Numbered from the whole stretch's first letter, positions 1 through 8,609 are shown. The stretch is DNA of 15,538 nucleotides, filler included, from an uncultured Methanosarcinales archaeon (GCA_964409385.1; 3 parts of 3 records of this genome joined end to end with filler, not necessarily neighbours in it); one strand, 5' to 3'. The notes: generated from the sequence alone by a model not told the origin. Numbers and translations: made by a program.

Positions 1-112
1 TATATATGTGATAACATTATAATAATATTAAGATAATGTTGTTGAGGTGTTATTATGAGCAAGAAAATGGAAGGAACAAAACCACTACAAGTTTACGTTC
101 CAGAAGAAATAT

Positions 113-577
113 ATGAATATCTTTAATGGACCACCCTATTATGAATCTTGGACTAAACAAGAATCTCTTGATGAATTACTTAGAAGTTCAAGAAAAGAAG
201 GCTTCATATGTGTTTTTGCAGAGAAAGAAGAAGACATAATAGGATTCTCTTGGGGATATAAACTTCCAGAAAATAATCTTGAAAGAATAGCTTTTGAAAA
301 GATAAGAAATAAACTTGAGGAGAACAAAATTAATCCTAACAAAACATTTTATGGTGCAGAAAGTGGAGTTAGAATTGATTTAAGAAAGAAAGGAATAGGC
401 ACTTTAATGTTGAGAAAAAGATTTGCTGCCTGCAAGGATTTTAATACTGTAATATTCAGAACGAAAAATCCTACAATGATTAATATATATAGAAAAGTAG
501 CAGGAAAGAAAGAAAAACTATCTTTCTTAGAAGAAAGTTCTTATGAAGGAGGAAGAGTCTATGTCTTTAATACTTAA
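113..577 (+). CDS. GNAT-family N-acetyltransferase (N-terminus possibly truncated)
   Basis: F-x-x-PP-Y-x-E-x-W start, IIGFSWGY strand, acetyl-CoA motif A-like V-R-x-x-x-RKKGIGT, and a later N...Y motif. Confidence 0.75.
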   Translation: MNIFNGPPYYESWTKQESLDELLRSSRKEGFICVFAEKEEDIIGFSWGYKLPENNLERIAFEKIRNKLEENKINPNKTFYGAESGVRIDLRKKGIGTLMLRKRFAACKDFNTVIFRTKNPTMINIYRKVAGKKEKLSFLEESSYEGGRVYVFNT

Positions 578-598
578 TTTTTTTATTTTTTTATTTTT
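578..598 (+). terminator. Oligo-T archaeal terminator
   Basis: TTTTTTTATTTTTTTATTTTT immediately after the GNAT stop codon. Confidence 0.5.
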
Positions 599-670
599 AA
601 CAAATTATATAAACAAAAGAATGCGAAGCATTCTGAGCTTCAGAAAACAAAAAAGCAAGAGGTTTAATAA

Positions 671-1933
671 ATGAAAATAGAAACACCAAAAGGAGTTAGA
701 GATATACCTCCTGAAGAAAAAATATTAAGGAATAAAGTAGTTAAAACACTTATAGAAACTTTTGAGGAATTTGGTTTTCTGCCTTTAGAAACTCCTGTTC
801 TTGAAAAGTATGAGATTCTTTCAAGCAAATATGCAGGTGGAGCTGAAATTCTAAAGGAAACTTACAAATTAAAAGATCAGGGAAAAAGAAAGTTAGGCTT
901 AAGATATGATTTAACAGTGCCATTAGCCAGATTTATTGCAATGAATTCTAGTTTGAAAATGCCTTTTAAGAGATATCAAATAGACCGTGTTTTTAGGGAT
1001 GGTCCTATTAAGTTGGGAAGGTATAGAGAATTTTGGCAATGTGATTCAGACATTATAGGTAGTAAAGGAATTCTTGCTGATGCGGAGTGTATTGAAATTC
1101 AAAAGATAGCATTTAAAAAACTTAAAATTCCTGTAGAAATATTAGTTAATAATAGAAAAATTCTTGATTCTTTAATGAAAAAATCTGGAATTCCTGAAGA
1201 AGAAGCTGGAAATGCAATACTTTCTGTAGATAAACTTTCTAAAATTGGAAAAGTTGGAGTTGTTAAAGAATTAAAAGAAAAAGGATTTAACAAAAAACAA
1301 TCAGAGGAGATTCTTAAACTATGTGGATTTGAAGGTACTAATAATCAAAAGATAGATTATTTGAAAAAAACAATTCCTAAATGTGAAGGAGTTAAAGAAA
1401 TGGAAGAATTATTGAAACTTGTTAAGGGAATAACTTTTGATTTGCGCTTGGCTAGGGGATTAAGTTATTATACTGGAATAATACTTGAAACTTTCGCCAA
1501 AAAAAGTAATGTTTCAAGCAGCTTAGGATCCGGTGGCAGATATGATAAAATGGTTGGTAATTTCTCAGGTAAAGACATACCCGCAGTTGGCTGTTCTTTT
1601 GGATTAGAACCAATAATGGATTATTTGAAGGAAAAAGGAAGAAAAGCTGAAAAAACAAAAGTTGAAGTTTTTATAATTCCAATAAAAACAGAAAAAGAAA
1701 GTTTTAAATTAGCTAAAAAATTAAGAGAGGAAGGAATAAATACTGACATTGATCTTAATGGAAAGAGTATTACTAAAAATTTGAATTATGCAAATGCTTA
1801 CGAGATTCCATATTGTGTATTTCTCGGAAATCAAGAATTGAAAAAAGAAAAATATAAGTTGAGAAATATGATTACTGGTGAAGAATATACTTTAAATCTG
1901 AAAAAACTAATTAAGAAAATAAACTCTTCTTAA
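671..1933 (+). CDS. hisS: Histidyl-tRNA synthetase
   Basis: TPKGVRD, LRYDLTVPLARF, motif 2 FRDGPIKLGRYREFWQCD, LARGLSYYTG, GGRYD, motif 3 AVGCSFGLE and C-terminal anticodon-binding domain; TTATATAAA at 605-613 and GAGGT at 659-663 upstream. Confidence 0.98.
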   Translation: MKIETPKGVRDIPPEEKILRNKVVKTLIETFEEFGFLPLETPVLEKYEILSSKYAGGAEILKETYKLKDQGKRKLGLRYDLTVPLARFIAMNSSLKMPFKRYQIDRVFRDGPIKLGRYREFWQCDSDIIGSKGILADAECIEIQKIAFKKLKIPVEILVNNRKILDSLMKKSGIPEEEAGNAILSVDKLSKIGKVGVVKELKEKGFNKKQSEEILKLCGFEGTNNQKIDYLKKTIPKCEGVKEMEELLKLVKGITFDLRLARGLSYYTGIILETFAKKSNVSSSLGSGGRYDKMVGNFSGKDIPAVGCSFGLEPIMDYLKEKGRKAEKTKVEVFIIPIKTEKESFKLAKKLREEGINTDIDLNGKSITKNLNYANAYEIPYCVFLGNQELKKEKYKLRNMITGEEYTLNLKKLIKKINSS

Positions 1934-2483
1934 AAGAAATCTTACTAATATTATCTGCAGCTCCATATATTGAATTATCAACCAGACTTTTCAAGCTAGG
2001 AGACATACATGGTTTTTTAGTCTTAAAGCTATATAAAGCTCTTGCGGCAATCAGAGTAATTGTCGCTCCAATGTATCCTAGACCAATAATGTCTGGATTA
2101 TCTGAAAATAATTCTGCAGTTTGATTAAGATTTAATGTTTCTGAAGCCTTAACTAGTAATGGAGCAATACCATATTTGAATCCTGGTTCTAGGATTGCTT
2201 TGAACTCTGTAGTTAAAAATATTGGTGACCAAAAATATATACTATTATTTGTTAGTGAGCGATTAGGAATATTAAAATAATTAGTTATTTTTTCTTGTCT
2301 TTTTCCTGTAAGATCTCCTGCCAATAAAGATAAACCAACAATACCCATATTATATTTTATTCTTTCTTTTAATATTTTTGAATCTTTATAAGTCTCAATA
2401 GAATTCATAGAATATTCAAAAAATTTATTTCTTAAACCACCAGGTTTAATTGCTAATTCATCAACAACTTCTTCAAGATTCAT
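1911..2483 (-). CDS. Hypothetical, probably membrane-associated protein
   Basis: 190-aa ORF overlapping the map stop by 4 nt (translational coupling); hydrophobic segments such as IIGLGYIGATITLIAA. Confidence 0.7.
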   Translation of the reverse strand: MNLEEVVDELAIKPGGLRNKFFEYSMNSIETYKDSKILKERIKYNMGIVGLSLLAGDLTGKRQEKITNYFNIPNRSLTNNSIYFWSPIFLTTEFKAILEPGFKYGIAPLLVKASETLNLNQTAELFSDNPDIIGLGYIGATITLIAARALYSFKTKKPCMSPSLKSLVDNSIYGAADNISKISFKKSLFS

Positions 2484-3364
2484 TTTGTAGTTACTATCGT
2501 TTTATCAAGAACTAACATTGTGTGTTCTCTTTGAGAAACTAAACCATTGTTAACATCAGGTAGTGGGGGGTGTTCTCTTAACACTCCTAATTGTTTTAAT
2601 TCTCTGAATGCGAAAGCTAATTCGGCCTTTTTGAACTTTTTTTCTAGCCATCTGTAAGCAAATGGTAAATTATCAAACTTTAAAATTTCATTAAGAACTT
2701 TTCTTGTAAATAAACCACGAACAGGTTTTTTAGATATTAGTGCAAAAATTGTGGCTTTTCCTTCTTCCTTAATTAATCCTGCTCCAGAACTTGCGAATGG
2801 TTCTATAGCTATAGTCATTCCCTCTTCTAAAACTGTAGTGTCTCCATTATCAAAGTTTGGAATTGAAGGACTTTTATGAACAATGAATCTTCCAATTCCA
2901 TGGCCGCACAAGTTTCTTACTGGCTTAAAACCGTGAGATTCTATAGTTTCTTGAATTGTTTTTCCTATTTCTCTAACTTGAACTCCTGGCTTTACTAGTT
3001 TTATTGCATTATTTAATGCTTCTTCAGAAGCTCTCAATAATTTTTCATTACCTCCCAGATCAATACTTTGGGCAGTGTCTGCAATATAACCGTTTATGTG
3101 AACGCCAATATCAACTTTTATCAAATCATTTTCTTTGAAGAAAACTTCTTCTTCATAAGTGGGACAATAATGAGCAGCAATATTATTTCTAGAAATTTGC
3201 ATTGGAAATGCTGGTTTTCCACCTAATTCTTCTATTTTCTTTTCTACTTTGTCGGCAACTTCAGAAAGTAAAACTCCTGGTTTAACCAGAGAAATAGCAT
3301 AAGTTCTTACTTCTTTAGCTATTTTTCCTGCTTTAATAAAATCTTCTTTTATTTCAGGAGTCAT
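2480..3364 (-). CDS. map: Methionine aminopeptidase type II
   Basis: AFP...AAHY, KVDIGVHINGYIADTA, NLCGHGI, AIEPF, QREHT metal ligands plus the type-II helical insert. Confidence 0.97.
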   Translation of the reverse strand: MTPEIKEDFIKAGKIAKEVRTYAISLVKPGVLLSEVADKVEKKIEELGGKPAFPMQISRNNIAAHYCPTYEEEVFFKENDLIKVDIGVHINGYIADTAQSIDLGGNEKLLRASEEALNNAIKLVKPGVQVREIGKTIQETIESHGFKPVRNLCGHGIGRFIVHKSPSIPNFDNGDTTVLEEGMTIAIEPFASSGAGLIKEEGKATIFALISKKPVRGLFTRKVLNEILKFDNLPFAYRWLEKKFKKAELAFAFRELKQLGVLREHPPLPDVNNGLVSQREHTMLVLDKTIVTTK

Positions 3365-3387
3365 TTTTTAAATTATCATTATGATTT

Positions 3388-3416
3388 ATTTAAAACTATC
3401 CCCTAAAGATTTAAAA
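3388..3416. promoter_or_regulatory. Back-to-back TATA boxes for map (-) and the deoxynucleoside kinase (+)
   Basis: ATTTAAAA at 3388-3395 and 3409-3416, each 24-31 nt from the ATGs at 3364 and 3440, consistent with leaderless transcripts. Confidence 0.55.
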
Positions 3417-3439
3417 CTTTGTTATGTTTTATATTTATT

Positions 3440-4060
3440 ATGAGCAAATTTATTGCATTAGCTGGAAATATTGCTTCTGGGAAAACTACGGCTGCAAGAC
3501 TTATAAGACAGGAGTTTGATTATGAACTTTTTGAAGAGCCAGTAATTGATAACAGATTTTTAGGGGATTATTATACTGATATGAATAGATGGTCTTTCAC
3601 ATTACAATTAGAATTTTTGATTAATAGATTTGAACACCATAAATTAATAGAGACTATTGATAAACATTGTGTCCAGGATAGAACATTAATTGAAGATGCA
3701 GGAATTTTTGCTAAATACTTACATTCTACTGGTAAAATGAATGATAAAGAATATTCTTTATACTTGGATTATTTCAGTCATTTTAATGCGCAAGTTAAAC
3801 AACCAGACAGAATTATTTATTTAGAAATTAAAGATGAAAATATTTTACTTGATAGAATTCTTAATAAGAGAAAAAGAAAGGAAGAAGCTAATATTACTGT
3901 TAATTTCTTAAAAGGTCTTAATAGTTTATATAATATTTTTCCTCAAATTGCTCAAGAAAAATATGGAATTCCAGTTACTACAATAAATTATGAACATATT
4001 AATATTAAACAAGAACAAGGCAAACGAAAATTTCTTAATTTGATTGAAAGAATTATCTAA
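3440..4060 (+). CDS. Deoxynucleoside kinase (dNK family)
   Basis: P-loop GNIASGKTT, EPV, YY-x-D-x-x-RW, Q-x-x-FL-x-x-R, QDR, PD-x-IIYL, R-x-R-x-x-E; start placed at ATG 3440 rather than TTG 3419 from TATA spacing. Confidence 0.93.
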   Translation: MSKFIALAGNIASGKTTAARLIRQEFDYELFEEPVIDNRFLGDYYTDMNRWSFTLQLEFLINRFEHHKLIETIDKHCVQDRTLIEDAGIFAKYLHSTGKMNDKEYSLYLDYFSHFNAQVKQPDRIIYLEIKDENILLDRILNKRKRKEEANITVNFLKGLNSLYNIFPQIAQEKYGIPVTTINYEHINIKQEQGKRKFLNLIERII

Positions 4061-4131
4061 TTGCTACAAATACAGTTAGTAAGAATGTTAAAGCTGTAAA
4101 TACATAAAATATTAATTCGTCGATCTTCATT

Positions 4132-4641
4132 TTAGTAGATTATTCCTACAAGAACTCTTTCTATTTGTTCAAATCTTATTTTTTCAGGATCATTACTTAA
4201 GTTATTATCTCCTTTAGCAATGAAGTATATTCCATTATCATCATGTCCTATTTCTGCAATTCTGTGAATTACTATTCCTGTAACGTATGAAGATTTGTAA
4301 GATATAATATCTCCAACTTGTAAGTCGCTTGCTTTTTCAGGAGTTATTTGAATGGCATTAGCACCTTCATCTAAGAATGGAACCATACTATTAGTATTTG
4401 CAAACTTAGCCCATTGAGGATCGTTGATTTCGATTATAATTCTGTCTGAGAATACTTTTATTTGTGATTCTTTAATCCTGTCTTTAGGCATTTGAATTTC
4501 AGAATTTGATTTTAATCCTATGAATTCGAATGGTTTTTCTAGAGCGGATACTGAGTAAAAATTTCCTAGTAATATTCCTATTAGAAAGGTTGTTATCAAC
4601 CAAGAAAATCTTGAAAATATGTTTGTTTTTACCACTTTCAA
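4132..4641 (-). CDS. Signal peptidase I (peptidase S26, archaeal Sec11/SipW type)
   Basis: N-terminal TM segment, catalytic SM-x-P, GDII, IHR, KGDNN...DP; TTG start. Confidence 0.88.
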   Translation of the reverse strand: MKVVKTNIFSRFSWLITTFLIGILLGNFYSVSALEKPFEFIGLKSNSEIQMPKDRIKESQIKVFSDRIIIEINDPQWAKFANTNSMVPFLDEGANAIQITPEKASDLQVGDIISYKSSYVTGIVIHRIAEIGHDDNGIYFIAKGDNNLSNDPEKIRFEQIERVLVGIIY

Positions 4642-4740
4642 GTAATAATATGTAGAATTCTATTTAAAAAGGTTTCGGTTCTCTTGTGCTTAAACCCTTA
4701 TTAAAATAAGAATAAACTAATATTTTTAGAATTTATTTTA

Positions 4741-5484
4741 TCAATCGTTTTCTACTCTTGGAGCAAGAATGAATTCCATACTAACCCTATCTGGAGTCAC
4801 ATAGTCTAATTTTAAAGGATAATCACGACTAAATTTTATTGAAACTCTATCAGCAAGTTTAGAAGCTTGCATCATCTTTTTCAAATATTCAATAGAATAT
4901 TTAGAACTTATATTATCTTCAGAATTAACAAGAACTTTAGTAAAATCATTAGCTTCCAAATCAACATGTGCTTTACTTAAGTCTCCCTCGCCTGAAATTG
5001 CAAACTTACTATTAGAAGCAATTAAAGAAACCGCTTCGGCAACAATATCACAATCCTCAACAGCATTATTTAATACTGAAGATTCAGTTTCTATAGTAGC
5101 AACAAAATTCAAACTAGGAACCTTTTGTTCCTTATCATCAATCTCTAATAAAGGAATATGAAAACTCCTAGTAGAAGAACCCTTTAAAGTAATTTTTAAC
5201 TTATTATCTAAAGTTTCTAAAGTTAAAGTGTCTGTTGGATTTACCCTTCTAAGAACTTGTTTCAAATTTGAAAGGTTAAGACATAAATCAGAAGAATCAT
5301 CAACTTGATATTCTAGAAATGCTGAAGGCAATAACTTAAAAACTACCATCGCGACATTTGCAGGATCCATAGCTACAAGCTCTAAACCATTAGAACTAAC
5401 AGTAAATTTAGCTTCATTAACTATGTCCGAAATTATACTTATTGAATCTTTAAGATATTTAGGTTCTGCAAGTGTCAACTTCAT
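4741..5484 (-). CDS. pcn: PCNA sliding clamp
   Basis: AMDPANVAMV, LNLSNLKQVL, SKYSIEYL, DYPL, FILAPR; 247 aa; GGGGGT SD-like site and TTTATAAA (5520-5527) upstream. Confidence 0.98.
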   Translation of the reverse strand: MKLTLAEPKYLKDSISIISDIVNEAKFTVSSNGLELVAMDPANVAMVVFKLLPSAFLEYQVDDSSDLCLNLSNLKQVLRRVNPTDTLTLETLDNKLKITLKGSSTRSFHIPLLEIDDKEQKVPSLNFVATIETESSVLNNAVEDCDIVAEAVSLIASNSKFAISGEGDLSKAHVDLEANDFTKVLVNSEDNISSKYSIEYLKKMMQASKLADRVSIKFSRDYPLKLDYVTPDRVSMEFILAPRVEND

Positions 5485-5536
5485 GATAATACCCCCGAAT
5501 ACTATTGAATAGTTAGAAATTTATAAAGTTATGGGG

Positions 5537-6703
5537 TTATCTTCTTAACAAGTAAGCATCCTTAATGATTTTCAGAACAAAATTTAAATCTTTTTCTTCA
5601 ACTCTATGCCTCAATTCTAACCTTGCAGAAGCTTTAGAAAGTCTAATTATTGCTTTAACAAGTCTAGGGCTTACTTCTCTAAGAATATGTTCTTCTTGTT
5701 CTTTAAGTTCTTGAATAAAATCTACAACTTTTTCCTTTAAGGATTCAGGAAATGAAACTTTTAATGCATCTGCATAGTCAACATATTCCTTCAAGAAACT
5801 AATATCTTCAACACCATATTTTTGTTTTTTAGAAGCAATATGTTTTGTTATTTCCTTGAATTCTTTTAGAGAAGGTTTTCTAACAACAAACATTAAATGA
5901 AATCTTGAAAGTAATGCTTCATCAAAAGGCAATTGAGTTTTAGTAATATTTGTTCCTTTACCGACGAATCTATCTCCTTTAGGATTTGCTGTGGCTAAAA
6001 CCCTAACTCTTGTATTAAGTCTCTTATGAGTTTTGCCCTTATTATAAGTTATGAATCCTTTCTCCATAGCATTCAATAATGAAGCATGATCTTTTTTCAT
6101 CATTAAATTTAATTCGTCAATGCAACAAATTCCTTTGTCTGCCTTAACTAATAATCCTGGAATGAATTCTTTGCCTTTTGTAGTTCCAGTAAGACCAACC
6201 CCTGAAACTCCAGAACCAAGACCAAATTGAGAGTTTGGAGAAATTTCTTCAACAGCCCTTAACACTTCAGTCTTTCCAGTTCCAGGATCTCCAATAATTA
6301 GTAAATGAACAGTATCTTTACTAAATAATAATAGTGAAGCTGCTTTTATTATATCCTTATAACCTTTCAAATTTCTTCCTAAGAACTTTGATATTTCTGT
6401 TTTTGCTTGTTCAGAAAATCTTTGATATGCTTTCTTTTCAGCAGAATATAAGACTTTTCTATTAATATCATCAATTATGTTTTTTATTTCTATATCAGTC
6501 ACTATTGGTGAAAATTGTGGAAAAGAACCTAGCTTAAACTGAGTGTTTAGACTAGTCATAAAAGTTCCAACCACATTTAATTTCATTAGTTTTTTTACTT
6601 TCTTAAGATTGAAATCACTAAGAAATCTTGAAAATAGTTTTAATTGTCTTTTCTTTCTTGAAGATAATGGAATCAAATATCTTGCAGTTCTAAATAAGTT
6701 CAT
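5537..6703 (-). CDS. MCM-family AAA+ ATPase lacking the canonical N-terminal domains
   Basis: Walker A GDPGTGKT, GSGVSGVGLT, GLLVKADKGICCIDE (Walker B), NAME, ATANP, arginine finger LLSRF, sensor-2 SPR...RLSKASARL; only 388 aa. Confidence 0.88.
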   Translation of the reverse strand: MNLFRTARYLIPLSSRKKRQLKLFSRFLSDFNLKKVKKLMKLNVVGTFMTSLNTQFKLGSFPQFSPIVTDIEIKNIIDDINRKVLYSAEKKAYQRFSEQAKTEISKFLGRNLKGYKDIIKAASLLLFSKDTVHLLIIGDPGTGKTEVLRAVEEISPNSQFGLGSGVSGVGLTGTTKGKEFIPGLLVKADKGICCIDELNLMMKKDHASLLNAMEKGFITYNKGKTHKRLNTRVRVLATANPKGDRFVGKGTNITKTQLPFDEALLSRFHLMFVVRKPSLKEFKEITKHIASKKQKYGVEDISFLKEYVDYADALKVSFPESLKEKVVDFIQELKEQEEHILREVSPRLVKAIIRLSKASARLELRHRVEEKDLNFVLKIIKDAYLLRR

Positions 6704-6774
6704 TTTATTGTAAATGAATAACTAGTTTATATTTTTTTAGTAATTGTTAAAAACAGGTTTTACTTTCTTTCATT

Positions 6775-7215
6775 ATGAAATTTGCTCATATGGCTGATTT
6801 GCACATAGGAAGTTGGAGAGATCCTAAATTAAGAAATGCTAGTACTGTGGCTTTTGAAAGGGCTATTAATTCTTGTATTGATGAAAAAGTTGATTTTATA
6901 TTGTTTTCTGGAGATTTGTTTAATACTACACTTCCTGGCATTGATAATCTGAAAAGAGTTGTTAAGAAGTTGAAGAGTTTAGTAAAATCAAGAATTCCTG
7001 TTTATGTAGTTCCTGGAAGTCACGATTATTCTCCTTCTGGAAAGACAATGATTGATGTTCTTGAAGAGGCTGGATTGTTAATTAATGTTTTTAAGGGAAA
7101 AGTTGATGGAAAGAAATTATGTTTGGAATTTACTAAGGATGATTCTGGAGCTTTAATTACTGGAATTATTGGTAGGAAAGGAATGTTAGATCAAGAATAT
7201 TATGAAGATTTAGAA
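6775..7215 (+). CDS. mre11: Mre11/SbcD-family nuclease, 5' part (cut by contig end)
   Basis: Phosphoesterase motifs HMADLHIG, SGDLF and PGSHD. Confidence 0.88.
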
Positions 7216-7315
7216 NNNNNNNNNNNNNNNNNNNNNNNNNNNNNNNNNNNNNNNNNNNNTTAATTAATTAANNNNNNNNNNNNNNNNNNNNNNNNNNNNN
7301 NNNNNNNNNNNNNNN
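7216..7315. other. Artificial contig linker
   Basis: N44-TTAATTAATTAA-N44, a six-frame stop spacer. Confidence 0.99.
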
Positions 7316-7664
<349 letters not shown>

Positions 7665-7877
7665 TATTTACTTATCCTTATTGATTAGTACGTAAACTTT
7701 TAAGAAATTGTGTTGCATCAAACATTCCTACCAATACTTGAGATTATTCAAGCATCTTTTGTGAACCTAATGGTTGTTTGAAGGTCAAAAAACATTGTTT
7801 TTGGTACTCCAAAACAAAGAATGTTTTGTGAAAACGTACGAACGCACAAATGTGCAGATTTTGTGAACAATAAGCGA

Positions 7878-7885
7878 TTTATAAA
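7878..7885 (-). promoter_or_regulatory. Probable TATA box of the 16S rRNA promoter
   Basis: TTTATAAA about 215 nt upstream of the mature 16S 5' end, followed by a structured leader. Confidence 0.55.
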
Positions 7886-7890
7886 GATTG

Positions 7891-7992
7891 TTATTTCTGT
7901 GATCTTTTTCTCTTTTCTTTTTTCATTTTTTTACGTTGCCATTTCCAACGCATTTGTCCTTTCTTCTTCCATCTCTTAGAACTTCTTTTCAT
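7891..7992 (-). CDS. rpl41e: Ribosomal protein eL41/eS32 (33 aa; absent from the ORF track)
   Basis: Manual translation MKRSSKRWKKKGQMRWKWQRKKMKKEKRKRSQK*, with the archaeal L41e pattern WKKKG-x-MRWKW; TATA-like box at 8016-8024. Confidence 0.92.
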   Translation of the reverse strand: MKRSSKRWKKKGQMRWKWQRKKMKKEKRKRSQK

Positions 7993-8043
7993 TAAAAAAA
8001 ACAGAAAAAGGATTGATTTAAAAAACTTTTGAATTTTAAAAAA

Positions 8044-8295
8044 TTAAATTTTTCCTTTGCAATTTTTCGGAAGATCATCACACGGAATATGACTTTTACA
8101 AATTTTGTTTAAACAACAATACTCAGTGGTTTCAAAATCATTACAAATTATTATTACTGGCTCTTCTATTGTTTTAGTTCCAGAGCCTACTAAGTCATTA
8201 GGATTATAAGTGAATATAACTAAAGTCAGAATTAATGCAATTCCTAAACCTCCTATTATCTTATCGGCTTTTATTGCAGATTGGATATTATCCAT
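8044..8295 (-). CDS. Small membrane-anchored Cys-rich protein
   Basis: TM segment IIGGLGIALILTLVIFTY then 6 Cys; TATA-like box at 8317-8326. Confidence 0.7.
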   Translation of the reverse strand: MDNIQSAIKADKIIGGLGIALILTLVIFTYNPNDLVGSGTKTIEEPVIIICNDFETTEYCCLNKICKSHIPCDDLPKNCKGKI

Positions 8296-8442
8296 TATTA
8301 TTTTTTTATTTTTTGATTATATATAATTTTTGATTTAAATATTCTTTTTAATAATAGAATTTCACAATTCCTGATAATATAAAACAAAATAGTATGCTTG
8401 ACAGAATGTCAACATACCTTCGTGGACATGGCGGAAAATGTA

Positions 8443-8459
8443 TGCAGAGGCCGGGATTC
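8443..8459 (-). repeat. Direct repeat of the tRNA-Gly 3' end (att-like scar)
   Basis: GAATCCCGGCCTCTGCA versus GAATCCCGGCCATTGCA at 8539-8555 (15/17 identical). Confidence 0.8.
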
Positions 8460-8538
8460 ACAACAGAATCAAGATTCTGAGGTTACAAAATCAAAAAAAG
8501 ATTTTAAACAACAATGTTCGAATCGATTAATTTAGAAC

Positions 8539-8609
8539 TGCAATGGCCGGGATTCGAACCCGGATTACCACCGTGGCAGGGTGATGTCCTACCATTAGAC
8601 TACCACTGC
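8539..8609 (-). tRNA. tRNA-Gly(GCC), intronless, CCA not encoded
   Basis: GCAGTGG/CCATTGC acceptor stem, D-arm, TCACC-CTGCCAC-GGTGG anticodon arm, CCGGG-TTCGAAT-CCCGG T-arm, discriminator A. Confidence 0.97.

Noticed and set aside
139..1658. Minus-strand ORFs 139-342, 1099-1293 and 1452-1658
   Set aside because: Antisense shadows of GNAT and hisS with no recognisable motifs.
7216..7315. TTAATTAATTAA palindrome within N runs (also 12264-12363)
   Set aside because: Artificial concatenation spacer. The mre11-16S adjacency is not biological, and the X-tail of the Mre11 ORF is an artefact.
8394..8480. 28-aa plus-strand ORF MLDRMSTYLRGHGGKCMQRPGFTTESRF
   Set aside because: It runs through the tRNA-end repeat and hairpin with no well-placed promoter or SD; probably incidental.
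8443..8609. Intron-containing or alternatively spliced tRNA using the downstream 3' copy
   Set aside because: The tRNA is already complete, and I could not build a bulge-helix-bulge at the T-loop junction.
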